Shown here: positions 38,968 through 48,451 of the stretch, in pieces
Numbering within the stretch: the stretch's first letter is position 1
How the letters are laid out: each line of letters opens with the position of its first letter
Source of the DNA: a bacterium
Lineage (GTDB): Bacteria; Omnitrophota; Gorgyraeia; Zapsychrales; Zapsychraceae
Direction: 5' to 3'
Length of the DNA stretch: 64,000 nt
Assembly (NCBI GenBank): GCA_030429765.1
Contig: JAUIER010000013.1
Span: forward strand, 8,759-72,758
Program-made: the position numbers and the translations under genes
The notes under the pieces: generated by a model
Told to the model about the DNA's origin: nothing
Seen by the model: only the letters and a program-made list of their open reading frames with translations
Databases searched by the model: none

Positions 38968-39948
38968 TTAGCTGCAGGTCTGATTCCGGTTTTGATCGAC
39001 AAAATCATAGAGCCGCTGGACGATCTCATCAAAATCCAGCATCGGCATTAAATCTTTACGTAACTGGGCCACGTTAGGGACGCCTTTGAGATAGCCGGTG
39101 TAAAATTTACGAAACGGAATCAAACCGCGGCGGATGTCTTTGGTCTCGACAGACATGCGTAAGTGATCAATGCATACGTCGACCCGTTCTTTCAGTGTCG
39201 GCGGCGGCAGTTCCTGGCCGGTCTTAAGCAAGTGCTGGACCTGAGCAAAGATCCACGGATTACCGATGGCGGCGCGGCCGATCATGACGCCGTCACAGCC
39301 AGTCTCCAGCATTTGTTTGGCATCCTGTGCGGTGCGAACATCGCCATTGCCGAAGACCGGGATGGAGACCACTTTTTTGATGCGCTCCAGCCAGCTCCAG
39401 TCCGCCGGGGCCTTGTCATGTCCCTGAGAGCGGGTGCGGCAGTGGACGGTGAGTCCCTGGGCGCCCACATCTTCGATCATGCGGGCCACATCGAGGATCA
39501 CGATATTATCCTCATCCCAGCCCAGTCGTGTTTTGACAGTGACAGGGAGAGATGTTCCCTTGACGGTCGAGGCAACGATCTTTTTAAAGCGGGGCAGGTC
39601 TTTGAGGAGTGCCGCGCCTTGACCGCGGGCCACGTGATTCTTTACCCAGCAACCGCAGTTGATGTCGATAAAGTCAGGGTTGAGGCTTTCGGCCATGGTG
39701 GCGGCATCGAACATGCATTCTTCTTCGCCGCCAAAAATCTGGATCGCAACCGGACGTTCCTCGTCACAGACCTCAATCTTGTTGATCGCCTTGGGGATGT
39801 TGCGGATGATCGCGTCACTGCTGGTAAATTCCGTGTAGACGATGTCCGCGCCCATCTTGCGACAGATCCGGCGAAACGCCATGTCGGTGACATCTTCCAT
39901 CGGAGCCAGCGAAATCGGGGTGTCAATGTCAATCGAGCCAATCTTCAT
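38968..39948 (-). CDS. dus: tRNA-dihydrouridine synthase
   Basis: LAPMEDVTDMAFRRICRKMGADIVYTEF and a TIM-barrel Dus core. Confidence 0.85.
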   Translation of the reverse strand: MKIGSIDIDTPISLAPMEDVTDMAFRRICRKMGADIVYTEFTSSDAIIRNIPKAINKIEVCDEERPVAIQIFGGEEECMFDAATMAESLNPDFIDINCGCWVKNHVARGQGAALLKDLPRFKKIVASTVKGTSLPVTVKTRLGWDEDNIVILDVARMIEDVGAQGLTVHCRTRSQGHDKAPADWSWLERIKKVVSIPVFGNGDVRTAQDAKQMLETGCDGVMIGRAAIGNPWIFAQVQHLLKTGQELPPPTLKERVDVCIDHLRMSVETKDIRRGLIPFRKFYTGYLKGVPNVAQLRKDLMPMLDFDEIVQRLYDFVDQNRNQTCS

Positions 39949-39949
39949 T

Positions 39950-40180
39950 CTAATTGCCTACAATAAAATCCTTTACAATATTAAGCATGTTGCCGATCGT
40001 GTCGCCGTTGACCAGGCGATAGAGGACCACAATCACTACCAAAAAAAGTATCGACGAAATTTTCTCTCCAAAATTCTTTTGTTCGCCGATGCAAAACCAG
40101 GCGAACAGACACAAACCAACGATGAGGATGATGAGCCCCGAAGGCATGTTTGCGATCATAGAGCGCTCCTTGATAACCAT
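39950..40180 (-). CDS. Hypothetical small membrane protein
   Basis: 76 aa with two hydrophobic helices. Weakly supported. Confidence 0.3.
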   Translation of the reverse strand: MVIKERSMIANMPSGLIILIVGLCLFAWFCIGEQKNFGEKISSILFLVVIVVLYRLVNGDTIGNMLNIVKDFIVGN

Positions 40181-40255
40181 TTGCGTAAAACCATCCCGGC
40201 GGGTTGATATTTACGAGTACTCTAAGTATACTACATAGATTAAGTGTAATTATAC

Positions 40256-41545
40256 ATGGAAAATCAAATGGATCAAACACTGAATAGTCGCATTTGCGCA
40301 GTCCAGCAGGGAATCAAGATAGTCGGCGTGGGTAAAAAGGGCAGCCGTGAGCTGCCGGACGAGCTGATCGAGGCTATAGCGGACGAATTGGCGCGGCAGG
40401 ATGCGCCGGACATTGCCGTCGGCGCCCTATTGGCCGGCCTGTGGATGAAAGGCGTTTCAGCTGATGAGCAGCGCATTGGCGCTGTTTGCTCACCGTCATT
40501 TTTTGAATCCGCTGAATGTTTGATCGACTATATTTGTCATGATATCAATTATGAGATCCGTCAGCTGATGGATATTCTGGCGGATCGCCGATCGTTGAAC
40601 CAAGCGCAGGCAGAACGGTTGGGCGCATTTTTATTGGGCAATGTGCCCGGTGATCGCGCACGCGGATTTGCGGCGTCACTCTTACGCGTTCGATACGAAA
40701 CAGACGATGAGTATGCCGGGCTGCTAAGAGCGATGGAAGCGACGTTCAATGAGCCGTTTAAACGTCCGCTCCCGGCGGGAAAGCCGGTGCTCACGCTGGC
40801 TGAACCGTTTGACGGCGTTGACCGTTCGAACATGATCACCCCGCTGGTGGCCGATCAATGTCAGCAGCTGGGATTTCGGGTAGTCACATTGGCCGGACGC
40901 AACAGCGGTCCCAAGTTTGGCAATAACGTATGCGATATCCATCGCCAGCTGGGATCGCGCTTTCTGACATCCAGTGATCAACTGACCGATGACATCATCC
41001 CTTATGGACATGTGCTGGATCAGGCGGATTTGTCGACAGCCCTTGACCGCTGGGTGGATTATCGGCACACGATTATCAAGCGTCCCTTTCTGGCGACCCT
41101 GGAACGTTTTGTCGATCCGTTTTCAAGTGATCTACTGGTGGCCTCGGCGTTTCATCCGCCGTACGGAGAGAAGATGCTGCGTATTTGTGAGCGGGCCGGT
41201 TTTTCAGGGGCGGTGATTGTGCGCAATGGAATGGAGGGGACCATGGCCTTTCCGTTGATGCGGGCGGCCAAGGTATTATGTAGTGCGGTACAAGCCGACG
41301 GCAGCTATCGGCGGCATGAATTCGAGGTCAACGCGCGGGATTTTGGCATTCCGTCATTCCAGGTCGAGGAACGGATCGAACAGCCGGATCTGGGAAAAAA
41401 TGTTGATCTGATACAGCGCTATTATAAGGAAGGTCAAACCGGATATGATTTGTTTGATTCACGTGTAAAAGTTACTTGTGCCGGTCTGCAAAAGGCTATA
41501 AAATGGGTTTTGGATCACCGGGTCAAGCCGGACAAAATCTCCTAA
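40256..41545 (+). CDS. TrpD-like (glycosyltransferase family 3 / anthranilate phosphoribosyltransferase-like) paralog lacking the canonical GTGGD motif
   Basis: The N-terminal helical domain resembles TrpD (IAVGALLAGLWMKGVSADE). The core has DGVDRSNMITPL where TrpD has GTGGD. Confidence 0.55.
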   Translation: MENQMDQTLNSRICAVQQGIKIVGVGKKGSRELPDELIEAIADELARQDAPDIAVGALLAGLWMKGVSADEQRIGAVCSPSFFESAECLIDYICHDINYEIRQLMDILADRRSLNQAQAERLGAFLLGNVPGDRARGFAASLLRVRYETDDEYAGLLRAMEATFNEPFKRPLPAGKPVLTLAEPFDGVDRSNMITPLVADQCQQLGFRVVTLAGRNSGPKFGNNVCDIHRQLGSRFLTSSDQLTDDIIPYGHVLDQADLSTALDRWVDYRHTIIKRPFLATLERFVDPFSSDLLVASAFHPPYGEKMLRICERAGFSGAVIVRNGMEGTMAFPLMRAAKVLCSAVQADGSYRRHEFEVNARDFGIPSFQVEERIEQPDLGKNVDLIQRYYKEGQTGYDLFDSRVKVTCAGLQKAIKWVLDHRVKPDKIS

Positions 41546-41559
41546 AGGGCTTGTGTTAA

Positions 41560-41928
41560 ATGATTTGGATTAGATTAGCCAGTTTTTTTATGCTGAGCGG
41601 CGTCGCTCTGGGAGCGATGGGCGCGCACGCGCTTAAAAAGCGTCTGACCGCGGACAGCCTGGCCAGTTTTGAGACCGGGGTCATGTATCAGATTATTCAC
41701 GCGTTGGCCCTGTTTGTCATTGCCTGGTTGATCACACAGAGCTCAGATCCCAAGGTCTCGATCGCCGGCGCTGTGATCACGGCTGGTATTGTGCTATTCA
41801 GTGGATCCATTTATGTGCTGGCATTAACCAATATCAAGTGGGTTTGGCCATTGACCCCGTTGGGCGGAATCGCATTTATGATCGGATGGGGCATTTTATT
41901 ATTGAGTCAATATGATAAGTTCGGATAA
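41560..41928 (+). CDS. DUF423 (YgdD-like) membrane protein
   Basis: LSGVALGAMGAHAL...YQIIHALAL is typical of DUF423. Confidence 0.7.
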   Translation: MIWIRLASFFMLSGVALGAMGAHALKKRLTADSLASFETGVMYQIIHALALFVIAWLITQSSDPKVSIAGAVITAGIVLFSGSIYVLALTNIKWVWPLTPLGGIAFMIGWGILLLSQYDKFG

Positions 41929-43213
41929 TCAAACAACAGTTTCCTTCTATACCCTTGGCTGTCGATTGAATCAAAGCGAGACGGCCTCAATTGAGCAGAG
42001 TTTCGCCAAGGACGGGTTTCGGATCGTTGATTTCAAGCAACCGGCGGATGTGGTTATTATCAACACGTGTACGGTCACGGAAAACGGCGACGCGGACACA
42101 CGCCGCCTGGTCAACAAGGTCAATCGTATAAATCCAGCGGCCCGCATCGCTTTGATCGGATGCCAGGCGCAGGTCCAGAAATCCAAACTCACCGAGTTGC
42201 CGAATGTCGCGTGGGTCGTCGGCAATCAACGCAAGATGGACATCGCCGAGATCGTCGCGCAGCTGCCGCAGCCGGCTGAACCGACAGTGATCGCACCGAC
42301 CATCACCCGCGATCCGTTTACCATTCCAACTGCCAGTATAGACTCCCGGCACACACGGGCCAACATCAAGATCCAGGATGGATGTGATTTTTTCTGTTCG
42401 TTTTGCGAGATTCCTTACGCGCGGGGACGGGCGCGCTCCCGGGTGTTCGACGATATTCTGACGGAAGCCCGCGCGCTGACCGCGGCCGGACATCAGGAGT
42501 TGGTGATCACCGGGATCAATGTCGGCACCTATCAATACCAAGGTTACGGATTTATGGATGTCATCGACGCGCTTGAGCAGATTGACGAGCTTAAACGTAT
42601 TCGTATTTCGTCGATCGAGCCCACGACCATTCCATTCGCACTTTTTGAGCGGATGTCAAAAACATCCAAGTTATGCCGACACCTGCATATTCCGTTGCAA
42701 AGCGGGGATGACGCAGTGCTCGCGGCCATGAAGCGCAAATACACCACCCGGGAATTCCTGGATTTTATTCAGCACGTGGAGGACACGGTTGATGAGGTTT
42801 GCATCGGCACAGACGTTATCGTCGGATTTCCGGGAGAGAGTGAAACGCAATTTCAGGCCACCGAGGATTTTCTGCGTGAAGCGCCGGTAGATTATTTTCA
42901 TGTCTTCAGCTATTCCCGACGCTATCTGGCCAAGAGTCAGGACATGGCCGGCGAACAGACACCCCCGATTATTCAGGAGCGCAGTCGACGGCTGAGAGAG
43001 TTGGGGCAACGCAAGCGGCGTATGTTTCATGAATCGCTGGTCGCGACGGATCAGCTGGTGCTGTTTGAGCAGCTGAAAAATGGACGCCTGACCGGTATCA
43101 CGGACAATTATGTCCGGGTGGCCGTGGATGAAACGGAAGCTTTGTGTAATCATTTCCGCGCAGTCAATCTACAGTCGATTGAAGGGGACGTTATTTTCGG
43201 AAAAATCAAATAA
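41912..43213 (+). CDS. mtaB: Radical-SAM methylthiotransferase of the MiaB/RimO/MtaB family, MtaB-like
   Basis: MTTase N-domain (FYTLGCRLNQSE...VIINTCTV), a radical-SAM CDFFCSFC motif, and a C-terminal TRAM domain. Confidence 0.75.
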   Translation: MISSDNQTTVSFYTLGCRLNQSETASIEQSFAKDGFRIVDFKQPADVVIINTCTVTENGDADTRRLVNKVNRINPAARIALIGCQAQVQKSKLTELPNVAWVVGNQRKMDIAEIVAQLPQPAEPTVIAPTITRDPFTIPTASIDSRHTRANIKIQDGCDFFCSFCEIPYARGRARSRVFDDILTEARALTAAGHQELVITGINVGTYQYQGYGFMDVIDALEQIDELKRIRISSIEPTTIPFALFERMSKTSKLCRHLHIPLQSGDDAVLAAMKRKYTTREFLDFIQHVEDTVDEVCIGTDVIVGFPGESETQFQATEDFLREAPVDYFHVFSYSRRYLAKSQDMAGEQTPPIIQERSRRLRELGQRKRRMFHESLVATDQLVLFEQLKNGRLTGITDNYVRVAVDETEALCNHFRAVNLQSIEGDVIFGKIK

Positions 43214-43231
43214 ACTGATAATTTGTTTGTT

Positions 43232-43840
43232 ATGAGTAATGATCAGAAACATTCAGAGGACAGAGAGCAGCGGCTAAGACAGATCGTCATGGCCACCCGA
43301 AATTTGAATTTTCGCGACAAGGCGGCCCTGGATCAACATCTCGCCCATGTCAAATCAGAAATAGCCGCTATATGCGGGGAAGATTCGCATCCCCTGAAGT
43401 TTGTGAACCGGATACAGTTCGCTCCCGAGTCGTTCTATTCAAGTGCGAATGAATACGAACGGGCCTGGTATGGCGGGCTCAATGAAATTATCAATTTGTG
43501 TAATGTCCTTCTCGAGGATTGTCCCGGGGCCCAACCCGAGGCCTTGCTTGAACTTCCGCCGGAGGAACCATCGGAGGACGACAATCTTCACTTTGACTCT
43601 GTTATCGATGATGACGGATCAGCGCAGGGAGAGCCGGCCGAACCCGAGATCCCCGAAGAAGGGCATGAATTCGACAAGGTCGAGGAGGTCATCGACACTA
43701 TCACATCCAAGGTTGAAGATGTGTTGTCTGAGATCGATGATCCCGAACAGGGCAAGGCCCGAGGATTTTTCAACTATGTCAAAAAGAAGATCAAGAAGAG
43801 CATGGAGTACAAACCGCGCGACGACGAAAACCCTACCTGA
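43232..43840 (+). CDS. Hypothetical acidic protein
   Basis: ORF with a highly acidic C-terminal half. No family recognised. Confidence 0.4.
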   Translation: MSNDQKHSEDREQRLRQIVMATRNLNFRDKAALDQHLAHVKSEIAAICGEDSHPLKFVNRIQFAPESFYSSANEYERAWYGGLNEIINLCNVLLEDCPGAQPEALLELPPEEPSEDDNLHFDSVIDDDGSAQGEPAEPEIPEEGHEFDKVEEVIDTITSKVEDVLSEIDDPEQGKARGFFNYVKKKIKKSMEYKPRDDENPT

Positions 43841-44600
43841 TCCCAAACCCGTCATCCTGATCCTGCTGGCTATACTTGCAGTCTGGTGCTTCATCTTGGT
43901 GTCCCAGGCACATGCCGAGCGTACCGATGGATCGGCGCCTTTCGCATTGGTCGAGCTTTACACATCGGAGGGCTGTTCAAGCTGTCCGCCGGCCGATCGG
44001 ATCCTACAGCAACTAACCCGCGAGGCGCGGGACAAGGATTTACGAGTATTCACGTTGAGTTTTCATGTCGATTACTGGAACTATCTGGGCTGGAGAGATC
44101 CGTTTAGCCAGGCCAGTTTTTCAGATCGTCAACGGCGGTTTGCCCAAATCACCCGCTCGAGCACGGTCTACACACCGCAAATGATCGTCAATGGCGAGCA
44201 TGGTTTTGGCGGTTATCGGGCCGATCAGGCGGAGCAGTTTATCCAGCAGGCCTTAAGCGAACCCACTGGAGTAACGGTAGATGTCGCTGTCAACGATCAG
44301 GGTGGTGATTCCATCGTGATTACTTATTCCACTTCAGGGGCCCGTGCCGGACAGGTGATCAATTTTGCGGTGGTCGAACGCGGACTGGCCGTCGATGTCA
44401 GCCGGGGCGAAAATGCCGGACGGCGTATTGAGCATGAAAATGTCGTCCGGGTATTTGAAACGTTTGAGGTGAAGGATAAGGCCGAGGCGGTGGTGCTCAA
44501 GCTTCCCGCGGCCATGGATCGATCGAACAGCAGTGTGATTGCCTACGTGCAGGATCCGGCGACGTTTGACGTGCTGGGGGTTGACGCAGTCGATCTGTAA
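43776..44600 (+). CDS. DUF1223 family secreted thioredoxin-like protein
   Basis: After a signal peptide, ELYTSEGCSSCPPAD...HVDYWNYLGWRDPF...YTPQMIVNG is diagnostic of DUF1223. The chosen ATG overlaps the upstream ORF by 65 nt, so the start is uncertain. Confidence 0.6.
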   Translation: MSKRRSRRAWSTNRATTKTLPDPKPVILILLAILAVWCFILVSQAHAERTDGSAPFALVELYTSEGCSSCPPADRILQQLTREARDKDLRVFTLSFHVDYWNYLGWRDPFSQASFSDRQRRFAQITRSSTVYTPQMIVNGEHGFGGYRADQAEQFIQQALSEPTGVTVDVAVNDQGGDSIVITYSTSGARAGQVINFAVVERGLAVDVSRGENAGRRIEHENVVRVFETFEVKDKAEAVVLKLPAAMDRSNSSVIAYVQDPATFDVLGVDAVDL

Positions 44601-44660
44601 GCCATGATAAAATTTCAAAAAAGATCTTTCCTTCCGTTAATTTCATGTTATCCTACAAAT

Positions 44661-45050
44661 ATGAAACGCACTCGCAGTGGATTTACCCTAGTGGAAATTA
44701 TGGTTGTGGTTCTGATTATTGCCATTCTCGCGGCCATCGCCATACCCAATTTGATCAGGGCCCGTGTCACGGCTAATGAATCAGCCGCCAAGGCGACGCT
44801 GAAATCGATCAGCACGGCGCTCGAAAATTACTACAGCATCAACAGCCAATATCCCACCAACACCACCGCCTTGATCGGTGATGTTCCGCCGTATCTCAGT
44901 ACCGATTACTTCGCCAGCGCGCATCAGGGGTACACCTTCGCCGCGACATTGAATCCTTACACGTATTCCGTAATCGCCGTGCCGGTCAGCACCAGCACGG
45001 GGTCGGCCAGCTATACAATCAATACGCAGGGCGTTCTGACCCAAAACTAG
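44661..45050 (+). CDS. Type IV pilin / T2SS pseudopilin with prepilin N-terminal methylation motif
   Basis: GFTLVEIMVVVLIIAILAAIAIP is a class III signal peptide. Confidence 0.7.
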   Translation: MKRTRSGFTLVEIMVVVLIIAILAAIAIPNLIRARVTANESAAKATLKSISTALENYYSINSQYPTNTTALIGDVPPYLSTDYFASAHQGYTFAATLNPYTYSVIAVPVSTSTGSASYTINTQGVLTQN

Positions 45051-45151
45051 CGTATCTTTCCTATCTAATTTATTCCGAAAAGTTTATGTGATTTTTGTGC
45101 AATTGTGCTATACTTGCAATTGTTTAGAGGGAAACTGTACCAAGAACGGTT

Positions 45152-46840
45152 ATGATAAAACATTTTAAGTTCGATCAACTGTTTATCTTCACTTTACTCC
45201 TGACTACCTGGAGTGTCACACCCCGGGTTCATGCCCAGGAGCTTACACCGATTACCTCGCCTAATTGCAATCAGTTTGTTTTTGATGCCAGTGAATCATC
45301 TGATCCCGACAACGAAAAGATTACCTATGATTGGGATTTCGGGGACGGCAATACCGCGGGCGGTATGGTTGTTAATCATACGTATCAGTCTTCGGGGGAG
45401 TATTTTGTCAATCTGACGATTACCGACAATTCCGGGATTGAATGCAGCACGGACAGCATCACTGAACATGTATTGGTCAATATTCCGCCATTCGCCGATT
45501 TTACGGCTCAAAGCCGTGTGTGTGTCAATGATCCGATCTTCATGGATGCGTCGGCCAGTTACGCGGACAGCGGTCAGCCATTAGTGTATGCCTGGGATTT
45601 CGGCGACGGGACGGGTCAAGAAAATGTCAGCCAGGTGACCAAGGTCTACACACGAGGCGGGTCGTACGAGATCACGCTGTTGGTGGATGATCCGGCCAAT
45701 CAGGTGTGTTCATCGGCGGTGGCCAAACGGGCCATCTATGTCAATGAACCGCCGATCGTCGATGTGGGATCCAAGGATATGTTTAAGTGCATCACTACTC
45801 CGGATGATCTCGTGGTGAAATTTGACGCGTCGAATACCAAGGATATCAACAATGACACGCTCAAGTACACCTGGGATTTTGGTGACGGCGAAAGCGGGAC
45901 GGGATCGGTGATCCAGCACCAGTATGATCGAAGCGGAATTTACAGTGTCAAACTGATTGTCGACGATAATTCAGAGCTGGTTTGCTCGTCGAGTGTTAGC
46001 TTTATTAATCTGCGACTCACACAAACACCCAAAGCGCATGCCGGCGACGATGTGATCGGATGTGTGGGTGAGGAAATTCCGTTTGACGGCACGCAATCTG
46101 TCTCGGAAACGCCGGGAACCTTGTCGGCTGTGTGGAATTTCGGTGACGGTCAGTCCAGCGAAGGCGTTGTCACCAGTTATGCTTACCCAAGTCCCGGGCA
46201 GTATCAGGCGATTTTGACGGTGACCGATCAGCTCAATCCGATGTGTCCATCATCAAGCGATATCAAAAATGTCGTGATCAATGCCACACCGACGGTGGCG
46301 ATTAAGTCGCAGCCGCTGGGCTGTCTGGGTGAAGAGATCCAGTTTGACGCCACCTCCGCGCTGGACCCGGATGGAGATGAACTCGAATTCTACTGGACCT
46401 TCGGGGATGGTCAGATCCTCAAGGGTGGTCCGGTTGTCAAACATCAGTATCAGCAGGGCGGTGAGTACCGCGTTACTGTCATTGTCGATGACGGTCAGGC
46501 GTCGAGTTGTTCGACCGCGACGGCCGAAACAGTCGTCAGGATCAATACACCTCCGCAGGCCGATGCCGGTCCGAACATGACCTGTTGCGCTGGAGTTCAG
46601 GCTGAATTTAACGCGACCGCGTCGATTGATGCGGACAATGATCCGCTGATCTACACCTGGGATTTCGGGGATGGCAATACGCAAGAGGGGGCGGTGGTCA
46701 ACCATGCCTACGCCAAAAGCGGATCCTACAATGTCGTGCTGACCGTCGATGATAACTCCCGAACACAATGCAGTAAATCCAGCGTTAATTTTGTCGCCGA
46801 GGTCAATGCGCAGCCGGTGGCGACCTTCAAAGTTCGATAG
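45152..46840 (+). CDS. Secreted protein with six tandem PKD domains
   Basis: Signal peptide, then six repeats each containing WDFGDG...Y/V...TVTD-like PKD motifs. Confidence 0.8.
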   Translation: MIKHFKFDQLFIFTLLLTTWSVTPRVHAQELTPITSPNCNQFVFDASESSDPDNEKITYDWDFGDGNTAGGMVVNHTYQSSGEYFVNLTITDNSGIECSTDSITEHVLVNIPPFADFTAQSRVCVNDPIFMDASASYADSGQPLVYAWDFGDGTGQENVSQVTKVYTRGGSYEITLLVDDPANQVCSSAVAKRAIYVNEPPIVDVGSKDMFKCITTPDDLVVKFDASNTKDINNDTLKYTWDFGDGESGTGSVIQHQYDRSGIYSVKLIVDDNSELVCSSSVSFINLRLTQTPKAHAGDDVIGCVGEEIPFDGTQSVSETPGTLSAVWNFGDGQSSEGVVTSYAYPSPGQYQAILTVTDQLNPMCPSSSDIKNVVINATPTVAIKSQPLGCLGEEIQFDATSALDPDGDELEFYWTFGDGQILKGGPVVKHQYQQGGEYRVTVIVDDGQASSCSTATAETVVRINTPPQADAGPNMTCCAGVQAEFNATASIDADNDPLIYTWDFGDGNTQEGAVVNHAYAKSGSYNVVLTVDDNSRTQCSKSSVNFVAEVNAQPVATFKVR

Positions 46841-46869
46841 CATATCCATTCCATCAGACAGGAGAAACA

Positions 46870-47934
46870 ATGAACGCCGAATCAAAAAAATTTCTCACAC
46901 AACTTTTAGCTCAATGCGGTCCATCCGGATTTGAAGAATCCGCTCAATCGGTTTGGCTGAAACGAACAAAATCATTTGCCGATAAATCGTATAAGGATAT
47001 CCACGGCAACGCGTACGCGGTCCTCAACCCGCAGGCCGATTTTCGAATCATGCTTGCCGGGCATTGTGATGAGATCGGATTTGTGGTTTCGAGTATTTCG
47101 GAAGAAGGATATCTGTACGTCAATCCGATCGGCGGGATCGACGCCGGGGTATTGCCCGGAAGTCAGGTCAAGGTTCAGACCGCCAAGGGGTGGGTCGACG
47201 GGGTGATCGGGAAAAAGGCCATTCATCTGATGACCGCCGATGAACGCAAAAAAGTTTTTCCGCTCAAAGATATGTGGGTGGATATCGGTGCCAAGGATCA
47301 GGCCGATGCTAAAAAAATCGCGGCCGTCGGCGATCCCGTGTCCTTTGCTCCGAATTTCATTGAGCTCAAGAATAATAATTTTTCATCCAAAGGGTGTGAC
47401 GACAAGACCGGCGCGTTTGTGGTCTCTGAGGTTATCAAGATTTTGAGTGAATCGAAATTACGAAAAGACGTTGGTGTATATTCGGTGGCCACGGTTCAGG
47501 AAGAGGTTGGATTGCGCGGGGCGATCACCAGTTCATATGGGGTCAATCCCAAAGCGGCTATTGCCGTTGATGTTGGGCACACATCGGATCTGCCCGACGT
47601 CGACAAGCGTCACGTCGGAGAGATCACGCTCGGCAAAGGACCGTTGCTCCACAATGGTCCGGTGATCAACAAGGTCTTGGGACAACTGCTGATCAGCACG
47701 GCCAAGTCCAAAAAAATTCCCTATCAGTTCGCACCATTAGGTCGGCCCGGCGGAACAGATACCGCCATGATTCAGGTCAGCCGGGAAGGTGTGGCGACCG
47801 CCTTGATTGGTGTCCCGACACGTTACATGCATACGATGGTGGAGACGTGTAATTTTATGGATGTGAAACATACCGCCCAGTTGATCGCGGAGACCATTCT
47901 CAAGATTACACCAAAAACAGATTTTATCCCTTGA
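46870..47934 (+). CDS. M42 family metallo-aminopeptidase (FrvX/YsdC-like)
   Basis: HCDEIGF, QEEVGLRGA and a C-terminal TRYMH are M42 hallmarks. Confidence 0.85.
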   Translation: MNAESKKFLTQLLAQCGPSGFEESAQSVWLKRTKSFADKSYKDIHGNAYAVLNPQADFRIMLAGHCDEIGFVVSSISEEGYLYVNPIGGIDAGVLPGSQVKVQTAKGWVDGVIGKKAIHLMTADERKKVFPLKDMWVDIGAKDQADAKKIAAVGDPVSFAPNFIELKNNNFSSKGCDDKTGAFVVSEVIKILSESKLRKDVGVYSVATVQEEVGLRGAITSSYGVNPKAAIAVDVGHTSDLPDVDKRHVGEITLGKGPLLHNGPVINKVLGQLLISTAKSKKIPYQFAPLGRPGGTDTAMIQVSREGVATALIGVPTRYMHTMVETCNFMDVKHTAQLIAETILKITPKTDFIP

Positions 47935-47941
47935 TCCCGTC

Positions 47942-48451
47942 ATGCGAGACTACATCGCAAAATTACCACTGGTTCAGTGTTTTACCGTCCAGGGACGACG
48001 GACACCCGGATTCTATGCGATCACGCTGGCCCTCGGGCTGGCCCTTGTCCTTCAGTGTCTCAAGCTGATCCATCCCGCGACACAACAATCATTTCTCAAG
48101 CAATTTCATTGTCAAACCCGATCGTTCGCCGTGTGGAGTCTGCGTCAGACAGTGCCGAGTATGTACAGTTTCGAAAATCAGGTCTGGTGGAGCCGGGCGC
48201 CGTTGGATGGTCGGCCGACGTTTACCCAGTCGGATCTTGACGCGGGACGCTACCACGTATGGCTCAATCACTTTCCGTTGCACTTCGTGACGTATAATTT
48301 TTACCGTGATCTGTTTTTTATGGAGAGTGACGAAAGTTACCTGCATCTGGAATCGAGTTTTCAGCATCAAAACCTGAGTTCTTCCTACAAACTCGAGCGC
48401 GATCATGACGTGGTCCGTATCATCCCAATGAGAGGGGCGGGGGATGAGTAA
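47942..48451 (+). CDS. Hypothetical protein
   Basis: ORF translationally coupled to the downstream membrane-protein gene. No family recognised. Confidence 0.35.
   Translation: MRDYIAKLPLVQCFTVQGRRTPGFYAITLALGLALVLQCLKLIHPATQQSFLKQFHCQTRSFAVWSLRQTVPSMYSFENQVWWSRAPLDGRPTFTQSDLDAGRYHVWLNHFPLHFVTYNFYRDLFFMESDESYLHLESSFQHQNLSSSYKLERDHDVVRIIPMRGAGDE

Noticed and set aside
39163-39966. 267-aa plus-strand ORF
   Set aside because: Antisense to the tRNA-dihydrouridine synthase gene. It is GC-skewed and Ala/Arg/Gly-rich, typical of an artefact.
43443-43775. N-terminal 111 codons of the 385-aa ORF containing DUF1223
   Set aside because: They overlap the acidic-protein gene in another frame and produce an implausible Arg/Ser-rich leader. 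The DUF1223 domain begins after the ATG at 43776.
46253-46885. 210-aa minus-strand ORF
   Set aside because: Antisense to the PKD-repeat gene, whose six repeats are unmistakable.
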